44,653 bases of DNA from positions 1 to 44,653 of the forward strand of contig JAQVQU010000004.1 in the NCBI GenBank assembly GCA_028701415.1, given 5' to 3'. Origin of the DNA: Clostridia bacterium (GTDB taxonomy: Bacteria > Bacillota > Clostridia > Christensenellales > DTU072). The translations under genes and the position numbers were made by a program. The notes beneath the pieces are model-generated. The model had not been told where the DNA came from, searched no databases, and was given only the letters and a program-made list of their open reading frames with translations. This document shows positions 9,849 to 19,290 of the stretch, one piece after another; within the stretch, counting starts at the first letter, position 1, and every line of letters starts with the position of its first letter.

Positions 9849-10196
9849 ATGAATATTCTTGATTCTATTGAACAAGAGGGCTTGCGTAAAGATTTGCCCC
9901 CGTTCAAAGTTGGTGACATGGTAAAAGTTATGGTAAAGATAGTTGAAGGAACTAGAGAAAGATTGCAAGCTTTTGAAGGGACTGTGATAGCAAAGAAGAA
10001 TGGTAGCATTAGAGAGACTTTTACTGTAAGAAGAATTGCACAGGGAATAGGCGTGGAAAGAACTTTCCCGTTGCATAGCCCTAAAATAGCTAACATTACT
10101 GTGACCCGTCCAGGAAAAGTTAGAAGAGCAAAATTATACTATCTACGTGAAAGGACAGGAAAAGCGGCAAGGGTAAAAGCTGAAAAGCGTTATTAG
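9849..10196 (+). CDS. rplS: 50S ribosomal protein L19
   Basis: Start re-called to ATG 9849; the ORF track gives TTG 9837. GGAGG at 9839-9843 lies 5 nt upstream. [27 protein letters not shown] is the canonical L19 N-terminus. Confidence 0.95.
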   Translation: MNILDSIEQEGLRKDLPPFKVGDMVKVMVKIVEGTRERLQAFEGTVIAKKNGSIRETFTVRRIAQGIGVERTFPLHSPKIANITVTRPGKVRRAKLYYLRERTGKAARVKAEKRY

Positions 10197-10206
10197 TTTT
10201 TAAAAT

Positions 10207-10250
10207 AATCACGGCGGATAGTTTTATTCGCCGTGATTTGTATATATTTT
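10207..10250 (+). terminator. Rho-independent terminator after rplS
   Basis: Perfect 10-bp stem (AATCACGGCG at 10207-10216, CGCCGTGATT at 10229-10238) with a 12-nt loop, followed by the T-rich tract TGTATATATTTT. Confidence 0.75.
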
Positions 10251-10260
10251 GGGTAAAAAA

Positions 10261-12618
10261 ATGCATAAAATTTTGAATAAAAGGTTTCTATTAGTTGCTT
10301 TATTGTTTTTAACTATTTCGATTACATTTCTATTTTCAGGGTGCTCGTCTAATGCAAATAGCTTTGATGTGCAACTCCTTCAAGGGAAATCTGAAAGTGA
10401 AAGTATGTTTAACTATTCAAGCTTAACTGAAATGGATAATAATTGGGATTTTGAAACAGATGGAGCAAATACCTCAACTTTTTCAGCTGGGCCTAATGGT
10501 TTAACAATAAATACTACAACTTCAGGTTATGGATTGGTTTCTCAAAAAGTTTTGCTTAAACCTTATTCATATTTCAAAATTGAGTATGATTTTAACATAA
10601 GTCAAATGTCTAGTTTTGATGAAAACAGTAATTATCATCCTGGATTGTTTGTTGGTTTTTTAGAAGACCCTTTATTTAACGTTACTGGAGATAAAAAAGC
10701 ACAAGAAACGTTTGTTCAGCAGAATGGAAAGAGAGTTTTTTATATTAAAACTAGTGGGTCAAGGGAATACAACATTACTATTAATTTAGGCACGGAACAA
10801 TATCCAGTAAAAGCAATCGCTACTATTAGTAATATAAGTCTTGTTAGAGTATCTGAGGCAATTGCTGTTGAAGGTTCTAATAATGGATATGATATTTTTG
10901 ATTTAAGACCTTCTATTTTTGGCCAAAGTCGCCAAAGCAATTTAACATTCGTTATTTTAGGTGGGATAGGGACATTATTGCTGGCCTATATTTTTTATGT
11001 AATAAGATCCAGAGATATGTCATATGATAATATTTCATCCCAAAATAAATTATATAATAAACTTAAAGACTCTAAATTTTTTGCTCCAACGATAGTTATT
11101 CTGTCTTCTTTGTTTGTTAGATTAATTATTATTTTGGTTGAATCAATAGTTGCTGGGAGTAGCAGAATAACTGAAACTTATTTTGGATATTATTTAGAAA
11201 ATCTTTCAGCACAAGGCACTTGGATAGCAAAGTATGGCACTCCCTATTTTTATCAGTATAATTCTAATGTATTTTTGCCTATTCCACTATATTTAAGCGC
11301 GATAAGCGGATTAATTGGCCAAGGGCTATATAATATCCCTGGAATAGATGCCTCATCGGTTGCTTTGTCAGTTGTTACTATTAATAAGATTTTTACCATA
11401 GCAGCAGATCTTGTTTCTGTATTTTTCATTTATATTTTAGTTAAAAGGTATCAAGGCAGAAGTGCTGCCACAATTATGGCAGGATTTTGGGGATTGTTAC
11501 CAATATTGTTTGTAATGTCTTCAGGATGGGGAGCAATTGAAAGTATCTCGACAATGCTGATAATTATTACTTTTTACTTTATTCTATCAAAAAGATATTT
11601 ACCTTCGGCAATTGCTTTCTTCTTAGCGTGTATGACTTCACCTTTTGTTATTTACTTGGCACCTATGGTTTTACTGTATACAATATTTCTTGTTGTTGAA
11701 TCAGTTAAAAAGAAAGACTGGAAGGCACTTCTTGTTCCTGGGTTGACCATACTATTTTCACTTATTTTATTCTATTTAGTTACATTACCTTTTAATATCG
11801 TAAAAATAGGCGATGGAGATGCTTTTATTGCATTTGATAAATATATTGATGTTTTAAAGGGACCTGATTTATATTCAATAAATGCATTTAATTTCCAAGC
11901 AATGCTGAAAAACAACTTTGTAGAAGTAACGGTTCAATCAAAAGTTGTTGACATCATTTTTATCATATTTATTTTGATTGTTTTTTCTTTTGTATATTTT
12001 AAAACTAGAAATAGATTGAATCTAACTATTCTTTCTTCTGGACTTATCGCGACAATATGGACTTTTTCAAATAACATGAGACCAGAGGCTTTAATCCTTT
12101 CTCTTCCTCTTCTTTTTATTGTTGCAGTTTTGTTGAAAGAAACAAGATTATATATAGTATTTGCTTTATACTCGGCTTTTATTTTCATTAATAATTCTTA
12201 TGTTTATCTAGTAGCAGGATATGATACTAATGGAGTGGCACAAATATCATATACAAACAATCCAATTCTATACGTATTTGGAGCTATTTCCTTAGTTCTA
12301 ATAGTTATTTACATAATAGTTGCTTACGATATTATTGTTAATAAAAAAGTAGTCCTTCAAAAAGCAATAAATACAAGATATGGTATTTTTGTTAGTCGTG
12401 TTTCAAAAAATATTCTTATTTCTTTATCAAATTTTTGTAAAGTATCCTTAGCCTGGGTAAAGGAATTAGGTTCTGTAATAAAAGACGATATAACCGAAAC
12501 CAGGAATAGAAGAATCGAAAAGAAAAAGGATTCTTCCCGACTTAGCAACTCGATAGAAGAGAAAGAAGAATCAAAAGTAGATGAAGAACAGAACCAATCC
12601 GATGATATAAATAAATAG
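10261..12618 (+). CDS. Large membrane protein: lipoprotein-type signal, an extracytoplasmic domain of about 200 aa, then about 13 TM helices (GT-C-like is an inference) and a charged tail
   Basis: The N-terminus MHKILNKRFLLVALLFLTISITFLFSGC has a lipobox-like LFSGC. The NWDFETDG...GLVSQKVLLKPYSYFKIEY segment looks like a beta-jelly-roll or CBM. Many hydrophobic segments follow, then a Glu/Lys/Ser-rich C-terminus. The start is ambiguous between ATG 10261 and TTG 10249. Confidence 0.8.
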   Translation: MHKILNKRFLLVALLFLTISITFLFSGCSSNANSFDVQLLQGKSESESMFNYSSLTEMDNNWDFETDGANTSTFSAGPNGLTINTTTSGYGLVSQKVLLKPYSYFKIEYDFNISQMSSFDENSNYHPGLFVGFLEDPLFNVTGDKKAQETFVQQNGKRVFYIKTSGSREYNITINLGTEQYPVKAIATISNISLVRVSEAIAVEGSNNGYDIFDLRPSIFGQSRQSNLTFVILGGIGTLLLAYIFYVIRSRDMSYDNISSQNKLYNKLKDSKFFAPTIVILSSLFVRLIIILVESIVAGSSRITETYFGYYLENLSAQGTWIAKYGTPYFYQYNSNVFLPIPLYLSAISGLIGQGLYNIPGIDASSVALSVVTINKIFTIAADLVSVFFIYILVKRYQGRSAATIMAGFWGLLPILFVMSSGWGAIESISTMLIIITFYFILSKRYLPSAIAFFLACMTSPFVIYLAPMVLLYTIFLVVESVKKKDWKALLVPGLTILFSLILFYLVTLPFNIVKIGDGDAFIAFDKYIDVLKGPDLYSINAFNFQAMLKNNFVEVTVQSKVVDIIFIIFILIVFSFVYFKTRNRLNLTILSSGLIATIWTFSNNMRPEALILSLPLLFIVAVLLKETRLYIVFALYSAFIFINNSYVYLVAGYDTNGVAQISYTNNPILYVFGAISLVLIVIYIIVAYDIIVNKKVVLQKAINTRYGIFVSRVSKNILISLSNFCKVSLAWVKELGSVIKDDITETRNRRIEKKKDSSRLSNSIEEKEESKVDEEQNQSDDINK

Positions 12619-12689
12619 TCTTTATTTACTTTTTCAAAGAGCCAGTAAGCTTAAATAATAAAATATCATTTTTATAATTGGAGATGCTA

Positions 12690-14795
12690 ATGAAGTTAGT
12701 AATAGTTGAGTCCCCGTCTAAAACCAAAACGATACAAAAATATCTTGGCCCGGATTTTAAAGTTATGGCATCAGTTGGACATATATGTGACTTACCTAAA
12801 AATTCACTTGGGATTGATATCAACAATAATTTTGAGCCTCAATATGTAATAACTGATTCACAAAAAAATAAAATCATTAATGAACTTAAATCGGCTGTAA
12901 AAAAAAGTGAGTTAGTTTATCTTGCTACTGACCCTGATAGAGAGGGTGAAGCGATAAGTTGGCATATAGCTAATGCTCTTGGTTTAAAAGAACAGAAGAA
13001 TCGAATTGAGTTTAATGAAATAACTTATAAAGCCGTACATAACGCTATTTCTAATCCTAGAGAAATTAATATGAATCTCGTTGATGCACAACAAGCTAGA
13101 AGAGTAATAGACAGACTTGTTGGCTATAAAATTAGCCCTGTTTTATCAAGTAAGATAAAAACTGGACTATCAGGAGGAAGGGTACAATCCTCTGCTTTAA
13201 AAATGCTTGTGGATAGAGAAAGAGAAATATCGATTTTTAGACCACAGGAGTATTGGAACATAACTGCGGTTCATACATTAGATAATGGAAAGGATATTAA
13301 ATCTTTATTGAGCGAAAAGAACGGAAAAAAAATTAAAATTCAAGATAAAGAACAAGCAGATGAAATTTTATCAAAGCTAAATACTTCAAACTGGAAAGTT
13401 GATTCTGTTAAAAAAACAAAAACAGTGGCTAGACCTCAAGCTCCTTTTACGACTAGTACTATGCAGCAAGATGCCTCACAAAAATTAGGATTTTCTGCGC
13501 CTATGGTAATGCAAATTGCTCAAAGTTTATATGAAGGGGTGGAGATCCCTGGGGAAGGACACACGGCTCTTATTACATATATTAGAACAGATTCGGTAAG
13601 AATTTCCTTAGATATGCAAAAGTCTGCTAAGGACTTTATTATAAACAACTATGGAATTGAGTTTGTCCCTTCAAAACCAAATTTTTATTCAACAAAAGCA
13701 AAAAATGCACAAGATGCACACGAAGCGATTAGACCTATATCTCTAGAAAGAACCCCGGAAAGTCTTAAAGGATTAATCCCTCAAAACAAATTTAAACTTT
13801 ATAAACTGATATACGAAAGATTTCTGGCAAGTCAAATGGCTGAGGCTATTTATGATACAACTACTGTTAGCATAAGTGCTTTTAGAGATAATGAGGACAC
13901 ATATACATTTAAATTATTTGGAAAAACTCTCGATAAGAAAGGCTATACTGCTGTCTATGATGTGTATAAGGCTGAGGATGAAGATGATATTGCCACTGCT
14001 GATTTCCCTTCTTTAGAAGAAGGCAAAATTTTGAGATTGAATAATCTTTTATCAGAACAAAAATTTACTAAACCACTTCCTCGATACACCGAAGCTTCTT
14101 TAATTAAATCAATGGAAGAAAATGGTATTGGGAGACCCTCAACTTACGCCAGTGTAATGTCTGTTTTGCTCAAAAGAGCTTATGTTACAAAAGAAAAGAA
14201 GGTACTAGTACCGACTATTCTGGGCATTAGGGTTACCGAGTATTTAGAACAGTTTTTCCCCTCAATAGTAGATCTTAAATTTACAGCAACAATGGAAGAA
14301 TCGCTAGATACTGTTGAGAATGGGGCAAGCTGGAAGGGGATTATAAAAGATTTCTACCCATCATTTGCAAAAGACATTGATTATGCACAAAAATCTTCTT
14401 CAAAAGTCCAAATGCCCGTGGAGGAAAGCGATGTCCAATGCGATAAATGTGGAGCGATGATGGTTGTTAAAGATGGAAAATATGGGAAATTTTTAGCCTG
14501 TCCTAACTATCCTAAATGTAAAAATATAAAAAATATTGTTGAAGCTGTGGCAAAGTGTCCTTTGTGTGGTGGAGAGGTAATAATTAGACACACTAAGGCA
14601 GGCAAAATATTTTACGGATGCAATAATTATCCAGAATGTAAATTTATGTCTTGGGATTTACCCGCACCTATTCTATGCCCCGATTGTGAATCTATAATGA
14701 AAGTTGTTAAAACGGGTGGTATCACGCAATATGTGTGTACAAACCGTAAATGTAATAAGACCATTGAAGCCAATTTTGGGGAAGATGAAGATTAA
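12690..14795 (+). CDS. topA: DNA topoisomerase I
   Basis: Start re-called to ATG 12690 (MKLVIVESPSKTKTIQKYLG), with SD TGGAG 6 nt upstream. TOPRIM motif LATDPDREGEAISWH. Active-site Tyr context ITYIRTDS. Three C-terminal C4 zinc ribbons (CDKC...CPNYPKC, CPLC...CNNYPEC, CPDC...CTNRKC). Confidence 0.95.
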   Translation: MKLVIVESPSKTKTIQKYLGPDFKVMASVGHICDLPKNSLGIDINNNFEPQYVITDSQKNKIINELKSAVKKSELVYLATDPDREGEAISWHIANALGLKEQKNRIEFNEITYKAVHNAISNPREINMNLVDAQQARRVIDRLVGYKISPVLSSKIKTGLSGGRVQSSALKMLVDREREISIFRPQEYWNITAVHTLDNGKDIKSLLSEKNGKKIKIQDKEQADEILSKLNTSNWKVDSVKKTKTVARPQAPFTTSTMQQDASQKLGFSAPMVMQIAQSLYEGVEIPGEGHTALITYIRTDSVRISLDMQKSAKDFIINNYGIEFVPSKPNFYSTKAKNAQDAHEAIRPISLERTPESLKGLIPQNKFKLYKLIYERFLASQMAEAIYDTTTVSISAFRDNEDTYTFKLFGKTLDKKGYTAVYDVYKAEDEDDIATADFPSLEEGKILRLNNLLSEQKFTKPLPRYTEASLIKSMEENGIGRPSTYASVMSVLLKRAYVTKEKKVLVPTILGIRVTEYLEQFFPSIVDLKFTATMEESLDTVENGASWKGIIKDFYPSFAKDIDYAQKSSSKVQMPVEESDVQCDKCGAMMVVKDGKYGKFLACPNYPKCKNIKNIVEAVAKCPLCGGEVIIRHTKAGKIFYGCNNYPECKFMSWDLPAPILCPDCESIMKVVKTGGITQYVCTNRKCNKTIEANFGEDED

Positions 14796-16080
14796 AATCG
14801 TCGGTGGTGGCCTCGCTGGTTGCGAGGCAGCTTTTTATTTATTAAAAAAAGGTTTTCATGTTGATTTATATGAAATGCGACCTCTTGTTTTTTCTCCTGC
14901 CCATAGGACTTCAAAATTATGTGAATTAGTTTGTAGCAATAGTTTAAAAAGCATTTCCTTGCATACAGGACAAGGTTTGTTAAAAGAAGAAATGAGAATT
15001 CTTGATTCACTCGTTTTATATGCTGCAGAGAGATCAAAGGTACCTGCAGGTGAATCATTGTCTGTTGATAGAGGGATATTCCAAGAAAATATTGAAAAAA
15101 TTTTATTTTCTTTTCCTAAGTTCAATTTAATAAATCAAGAGATAACGGATCTTTCGGAAAATTCAATTATAGCTACTGGACCTTTGACAAGCTCAAAATT
15201 ATCTCAAGCTATTATTAACACTACGGGGAAGGAAAATTTTCATTTTTTTGATGCGATATCTCCCATAATATCAGGAGAGAGTATTAATATGAAAAAAGCG
15301 TTTTTTGGAACTCGATATGGAAAAGGGAGCCCAGATTTTATTAATTGTCCTTTAAGTAAAGAGGAGTATATTAGCTTTCATAAAGAATTAGTTGATGCAA
15401 AAACTGTAATATTAAAAGAATTCGAAAAAAGAGAACTTTTCAATAGTTGTTTACCTATCGAAGAAATAGCAAGAAGCGGAATAGACTCTATGCGATTTGG
15501 TCCTCTGCGACCAGTAGGACTTACTAACGATGTTTTTGGCAAGTCTTACGCTGTTGTACAATTGAGAAAGGAAAATATTGAGGGAGATTCATACAATATT
15601 GTCGGGTTTCAAACAAATCTGAAATACCCTGAGCAGAATAGGGTTTTCCAATTAATTCCTGCCTTAGAAAACTGTGAATTTATTAGATATGGTGCTATGC
15701 ATAGAAACAATTACCTGGATAGCCCGAAACTTTTAAGTTCCTTTGGTAATCTATTGAAAAATCCGTCCATTTTTTTTGCGGGTCAAATTATTGGAGTTGA
15801 AGGTTATATGGAAAGTGCTGCTTCTGGAATCGTGGCTGCAATTAACATTTCAAGATTTATGAGAAAAGAATGTTTAATTGATTTTCCTAAAAACACAATT
15901 ATAGGTGCTTTGATGAAATATGTTTCCCAAGAAAACAATAATTTCCAACCAATGAACGCAAATTTTGGATTATTTCCTTCTGATAGTATAAAATATAAAG
16001 ATAAGAGCCAAAGAAAAGATGCTATAGTAATGAATTCACTTAAAAATGTTAGAGAATATGTTAAGTTATTAGAGGTGTGA
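14785..16080 (+). CDS. trmFO: Methylenetetrahydrofolate-tRNA-(uracil54-C5)-methyltransferase TrmFO (Gid)
   Basis: Start re-called to ATG 14785 (MKIKIVGGGLAGCEAA, a FAD dinucleotide fold at the N-terminus). The 27 extra codons in the ORF track lie inside topA. FAGQIIGVEGYMESAASG motif. topA-trmFO synteny. Confidence 0.92.
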   Translation: MKIKIVGGGLAGCEAAFYLLKKGFHVDLYEMRPLVFSPAHRTSKLCELVCSNSLKSISLHTGQGLLKEEMRILDSLVLYAAERSKVPAGESLSVDRGIFQENIEKILFSFPKFNLINQEITDLSENSIIATGPLTSSKLSQAIINTTGKENFHFFDAISPIISGESINMKKAFFGTRYGKGSPDFINCPLSKEEYISFHKELVDAKTVILKEFEKRELFNSCLPIEEIARSGIDSMRFGPLRPVGLTNDVFGKSYAVVQLRKENIEGDSYNIVGFQTNLKYPEQNRVFQLIPALENCEFIRYGAMHRNNYLDSPKLLSSFGNLLKNPSIFFAGQIIGVEGYMESAASGIVAAINISRFMRKECLIDFPKNTIIGALMKYVSQENNNFQPMNANFGLFPSDSIKYKDKSQRKDAIVMNSLKNVREYVKLLEV

Positions 16081-16083
16081 AAA

Positions 16084-16620
16084 ATGATAAATATTAAAGG
16101 GACTACAATATGTGCCGTGAAGAAAGATGGGATCACTGCAATCGCGGGAGATGGACAAGTTACATTGGGTGAAAGCGTAATTTTTAAGGGCAATGCAATT
16201 AAGGTAAAAAGGATTTTTTCGGATAAAGTTATTATTGGATTTGCAGGAACTGTTAGTGATGCCTTTGCATTAAGCGAAAAGTTTGAAGAAATGTTACAGA
16301 AGTATAGTGGGCATTTACTTCGAGCAGCTGTAGAATTGGCAGATTTATGGAGAAAGGATAATGCTAGAAAATTGGATGCGATGATGATTGTAGCGGATAA
16401 AGATAATTTGTTAATAGTAAGTGGAACAGGGGAAGTTATTGAACCTGAAACCGGAGTTTGCGCCATTGGAAGTGGCGGTAATTATGCTCTTGCTGCTGCG
16501 AGAGCACTCTTGGAACATACAAATATGAATGCTGAGGAAATAGTCAAGAATGCTATGAAAATAGCTGGAGAGATTTGTATTTTTACTAACCATAATCTTA
16601 CTGTGGAAATCATAGATTAG
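16084..16620 (+). CDS. hslV: ATP-dependent protease subunit HslV (ClpQ)
   Basis: [11 protein letters not shown] (N-terminal nucleophile Thr context) and [14 protein letters not shown]. Confidence 0.94.
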   Translation: MINIKGTTICAVKKDGITAIAGDGQVTLGESVIFKGNAIKVKRIFSDKVIIGFAGTVSDAFALSEKFEEMLQKYSGHLLRAAVELADLWRKDNARKLDAMMIVADKDNLLIVSGTGEVIEPETGVCAIGSGGNYALAAARALLEHTNMNAEEIVKNAMKIAGEICIFTNHNLTVEIID

Positions 16621-16698
16621 GACAAACAATAGATATTATTTACTGTATGGAGAAGGATACTTTATAGTATAATGTTATCAGATGAAAAGGAGAACAAG

Positions 16699-18030
16699 AT
16701 GGATTTAACACCTAATCAAATAGTGAAGGAATTAGATAGATTTATTATCGGACAAGACACAGCGAAAAAAGTTGTCGCTATTGCTTTAAGAAATCGTTAT
16801 AGGAGATCTATGCTACCTGAGGCAGTAAGGGATGAGATAACTCCTAAAAATATAATAATGAAGGGGCCTACAGGAGTAGGAAAAACCGAAATAGCGAGGA
16901 GATTATCTAAGTTAGTAAAAGCTCCTTTTGTAAAAGTTGAAGCAACTAAATTCACCGAAGTTGGTTATGTTGGAAGGGATGTTGAATCAATGGTAAGAGA
17001 TTTAGTTGAAGTTTCGGTTAGAATGGTTCGCGAGGAAAAAATCTCTGAAGTTGAACCAAAAGCCAGAGCTGCTGCTGAAAAGAAAATTGTCGAGGCAATT
17101 TTACCAGTAAGAAAGAAAACTCTTAGAGAAAATTCTGCTCCTGAAGAAAATATTATGTCGGACCAAGAGATAATGGACCAATTAGGCCTCGAATTGAGGG
17201 AAGGGAAACTTGATAATATTAACCTTGAAATGGAAATGCCCGTTCCTAATAAGGCTCTTCAATTAGGCCCTTTAGGTGGAAATGAAACAAATATTGGAGA
17301 TTTTATGAGTAATTTGCTTCCCAAACAGAAAAAAAAGAAAAAGATTTCTGTTGCAGATGCATATAAGTTCTTTATTAATGACGAATCAAACAAGATGATA
17401 GATGATGAGTCAATTAACGCTGAAGGGCTGAAAAGGGCCGAGCAAGATGGGATAATATTTATTGATGAAATAGATAAAATTGCCTCTCGAGGACAAACTC
17501 ATGGCCCAGATGTTTCAAGAGAAGGAGTTCAAAGAGATATTCTTCCTATTGTCGAAGGTTGTACTGTTAACACAAAATATGGAAATATGGTTACAGATTT
17601 CATATTATTTATTGCTGCTGGGGCTTTCCATATATCGAAAGTGAGCGATTTGATTCCAGAATTGCAGGGAAGATTCCCTGTTCAAGTTGAATTAAAGAGT
17701 TTAACCGAAGAAGATTTCTTTCGTATTCTTAAAGAGCCAGACAATGCAGTAATAATGCAATATGCGGCCTTGCTGCGAGTAGATAATATTGATTTAAAAT
17801 TTACCGAAGAAGCCCTAAAAGAGATTGCTAAAGTTGCATTTATTGAAAATGAAAACAATGAAAATATTGGAGCCAGAAGGCTACATACTGTAATAGAAAA
17901 TCTTTTAGAGGATATAAGTTTTGTCTCTGGAAATAAAGTTTTAGAAGAAACTGTAGTTGATAAAAAATATGTCGATGAACATATGTCCCAATCTTTAAGC
18001 TTAAGAAATTTAAAGAGATATGTTCTATGA
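16699..18030 (+). CDS. hslU: ATP-dependent protease ATPase subunit HslU (ClpY)
   Basis: Start re-called to ATG 16699 with AGGAG 6 nt upstream. LTPNQIVKELDRFIIGQ, Walker A GPTGVGKTEIARRL, and Walker B IIFIDEIDKI. Confidence 0.94.
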   Translation: MDLTPNQIVKELDRFIIGQDTAKKVVAIALRNRYRRSMLPEAVRDEITPKNIIMKGPTGVGKTEIARRLSKLVKAPFVKVEATKFTEVGYVGRDVESMVRDLVEVSVRMVREEKISEVEPKARAAAEKKIVEAILPVRKKTLRENSAPEENIMSDQEIMDQLGLELREGKLDNINLEMEMPVPNKALQLGPLGGNETNIGDFMSNLLPKQKKKKKISVADAYKFFINDESNKMIDDESINAEGLKRAEQDGIIFIDEIDKIASRGQTHGPDVSREGVQRDILPIVEGCTVNTKYGNMVTDFILFIAAGAFHISKVSDLIPELQGRFPVQVELKSLTEEDFFRILKEPDNAVIMQYAALLRVDNIDLKFTEEALKEIAKVAFIENENNENIGARRLHTVIENLLEDISFVSGNKVLEETVVDKKYVDEHMSQSLSLRNLKRYVL

Positions 18031-18037
18031 GGGTGAA

Positions 18038-19288
18038 ATGATTAATATACCAAAAGGAACAAAAGATATTTTGCCGCAAGAATCATACAAATGGCATTTC
18101 ATCGAAAATATAATTCGTGAATTATCGAGTATTCATGGGCTATTAGAGATACGAACTCCTACATTTGAACACACGGAACTTTTTTTACGTGGAGTTGGCG
18201 ATACTACTGACATTGTAAACAAGGAGATGTATTCATTTCTGGATAAAGGAGATAGAAGCATTACCCTTAAGCCAGAGGGAACCGCTGGTGTTGCTCGAGC
18301 ATATATTGAAAACGGATTGGGTTCCTTACCTCAACCTATAAAAATGTATTATTTAACTTCTGTTTTTAGGTATGAGAAACCACAGGCAGGAAGATTAAGG
18401 GAACACCACCAGTTTGGTGTAGAGCTTTTTGGAACTTACCATCCACTAGCAGATGTGGAAATAATTTCTATCGCTTCATCTTTTTTCCGAAAACTTGGGA
18501 TTGAAGGTTTGACATTAAAAATTAATAATATTGGATGTAAAAAATGTCGGCAAAATTACAATGATGCATTAAAAGAATTTTTTTCAAAAAATAGCGAAGA
18601 TTTGTGTCCGATATGCAATGCTCGAATTAATAAGAATCCATTAAGAGTTTTGGATTGTAAAGAGTTATCCTGTAAAAAAGTCATTTTGAATGCTCCAATA
18701 TGCACAGATTTTTTGTGCGCAGAATGCAAGGCACACAAAGAAACAGTTGAACAAGGACTAAATTCTCTATCTATCGATTATACAAATGATCCTTATCTTG
18801 TCAGAGGTTTAGATTACTACACGGGAACAGTGTTTGAGTTTGTTTCGGAAAAAATAGGAGCACAAGGAACTGTATGCGGAGGGGGACGTTATAATGATCT
18901 GGTCGAAGAAATTGGAGGAAAATCCACGCCCGCTGTTGGTTTTGGTTTAGGTATTGAAAGATTGCTTTTACTTATGGAAGCAATGGGAGTTTTAATTAGA
19001 GAAAAGGAAACTACTGAAGTCTTTGTTATCCCTCAAAATGATTCCTTTCAAAATGAATGTTTGAAAGTAATTAGTTATTTAAGAGAAAATGGAATTTCTG
19101 CAGAGAATGATCTTTCTGGACGAAGTTTTAAATCTCAATTAAAGTACGCGAACAAGATGGGTTTTAAATATTTGATGGTTATTGGTGAAACTGAAGTGAA
19201 TTCAGGGATATTTTCTTTAAAAAATATGGCAAATGGGGAAATCATTGAACTAAATAAAATTGAATTAGTAAGTTTTTTTAGGAGATAA
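18038..19288 (+). CDS. hisS: Histidine-tRNA ligase
   Basis: Start re-called to ATG 18038 (MINIPKGTKDILPQES), 7 nt after the hslU stop. Class II motifs FRYEKPQAGRLREHHQFGVE and GGGRYNDL. Confidence 0.94.
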   Translation: MINIPKGTKDILPQESYKWHFIENIIRELSSIHGLLEIRTPTFEHTELFLRGVGDTTDIVNKEMYSFLDKGDRSITLKPEGTAGVARAYIENGLGSLPQPIKMYYLTSVFRYEKPQAGRLREHHQFGVELFGTYHPLADVEIISIASSFFRKLGIEGLTLKINNIGCKKCRQNYNDALKEFFSKNSEDLCPICNARINKNPLRVLDCKELSCKKVILNAPICTDFLCAECKAHKETVEQGLNSLSIDYTNDPYLVRGLDYYTGTVFEFVSEKIGAQGTVCGGGRYNDLVEEIGGKSTPAVGFGLGIERLLLLMEAMGVLIREKETTEVFVIPQNDSFQNECLKVISYLRENGISAENDLSGRSFKSQLKYANKMGFKYLMVIGETEVNSGIFSLKNMANGEIIELNKIELVSFFRR

Positions 19289-19290
19289 AT

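Noticed and set aside
12673-12692. A perfect TATAAT at 12673-12678 directly abutting the topA SD, which might suggest a leaderless or very short-leader topA mRNA.
   Set aside because: The corresponding -35 (TTAAAT/CTTAAA) is poor. A transcript starting about 7 nt downstream would remove the SD that best explains the ATG 12690 start. Co-transcription with the upstream gene is simpler. It cannot be resolved without TSS data.
15804-16466. A 220-aa ORF on the minus strand spanning the trmFO/hslV junction, the longest antisense ORF in the track.
   Set aside because: It is fully antisense to two strongly conserved genes that share a reading frame. It has no SD and its composition is Ser/Leu/Ile/Phe-rich and low in complexity, as expected from reading AT-rich, purine-biased codons backwards. 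No recognisable motif.
16661-16673. TATAGTATAAT between hslV and hslU, considered as an internal promoter.
   Set aside because: There is no acceptable -35 at 16-18 nt spacing. hslVU is normally a single operon.
17329-17343. An A8 run plus A5 encoding KKKKK in the HslU I-domain, considered as a possible slippery or frameshift site.
   Set aside because: The reading frame continues intact into conserved HslU sequence. The I-domain is variable and commonly charged. There is no evidence for programmed frameshifting.
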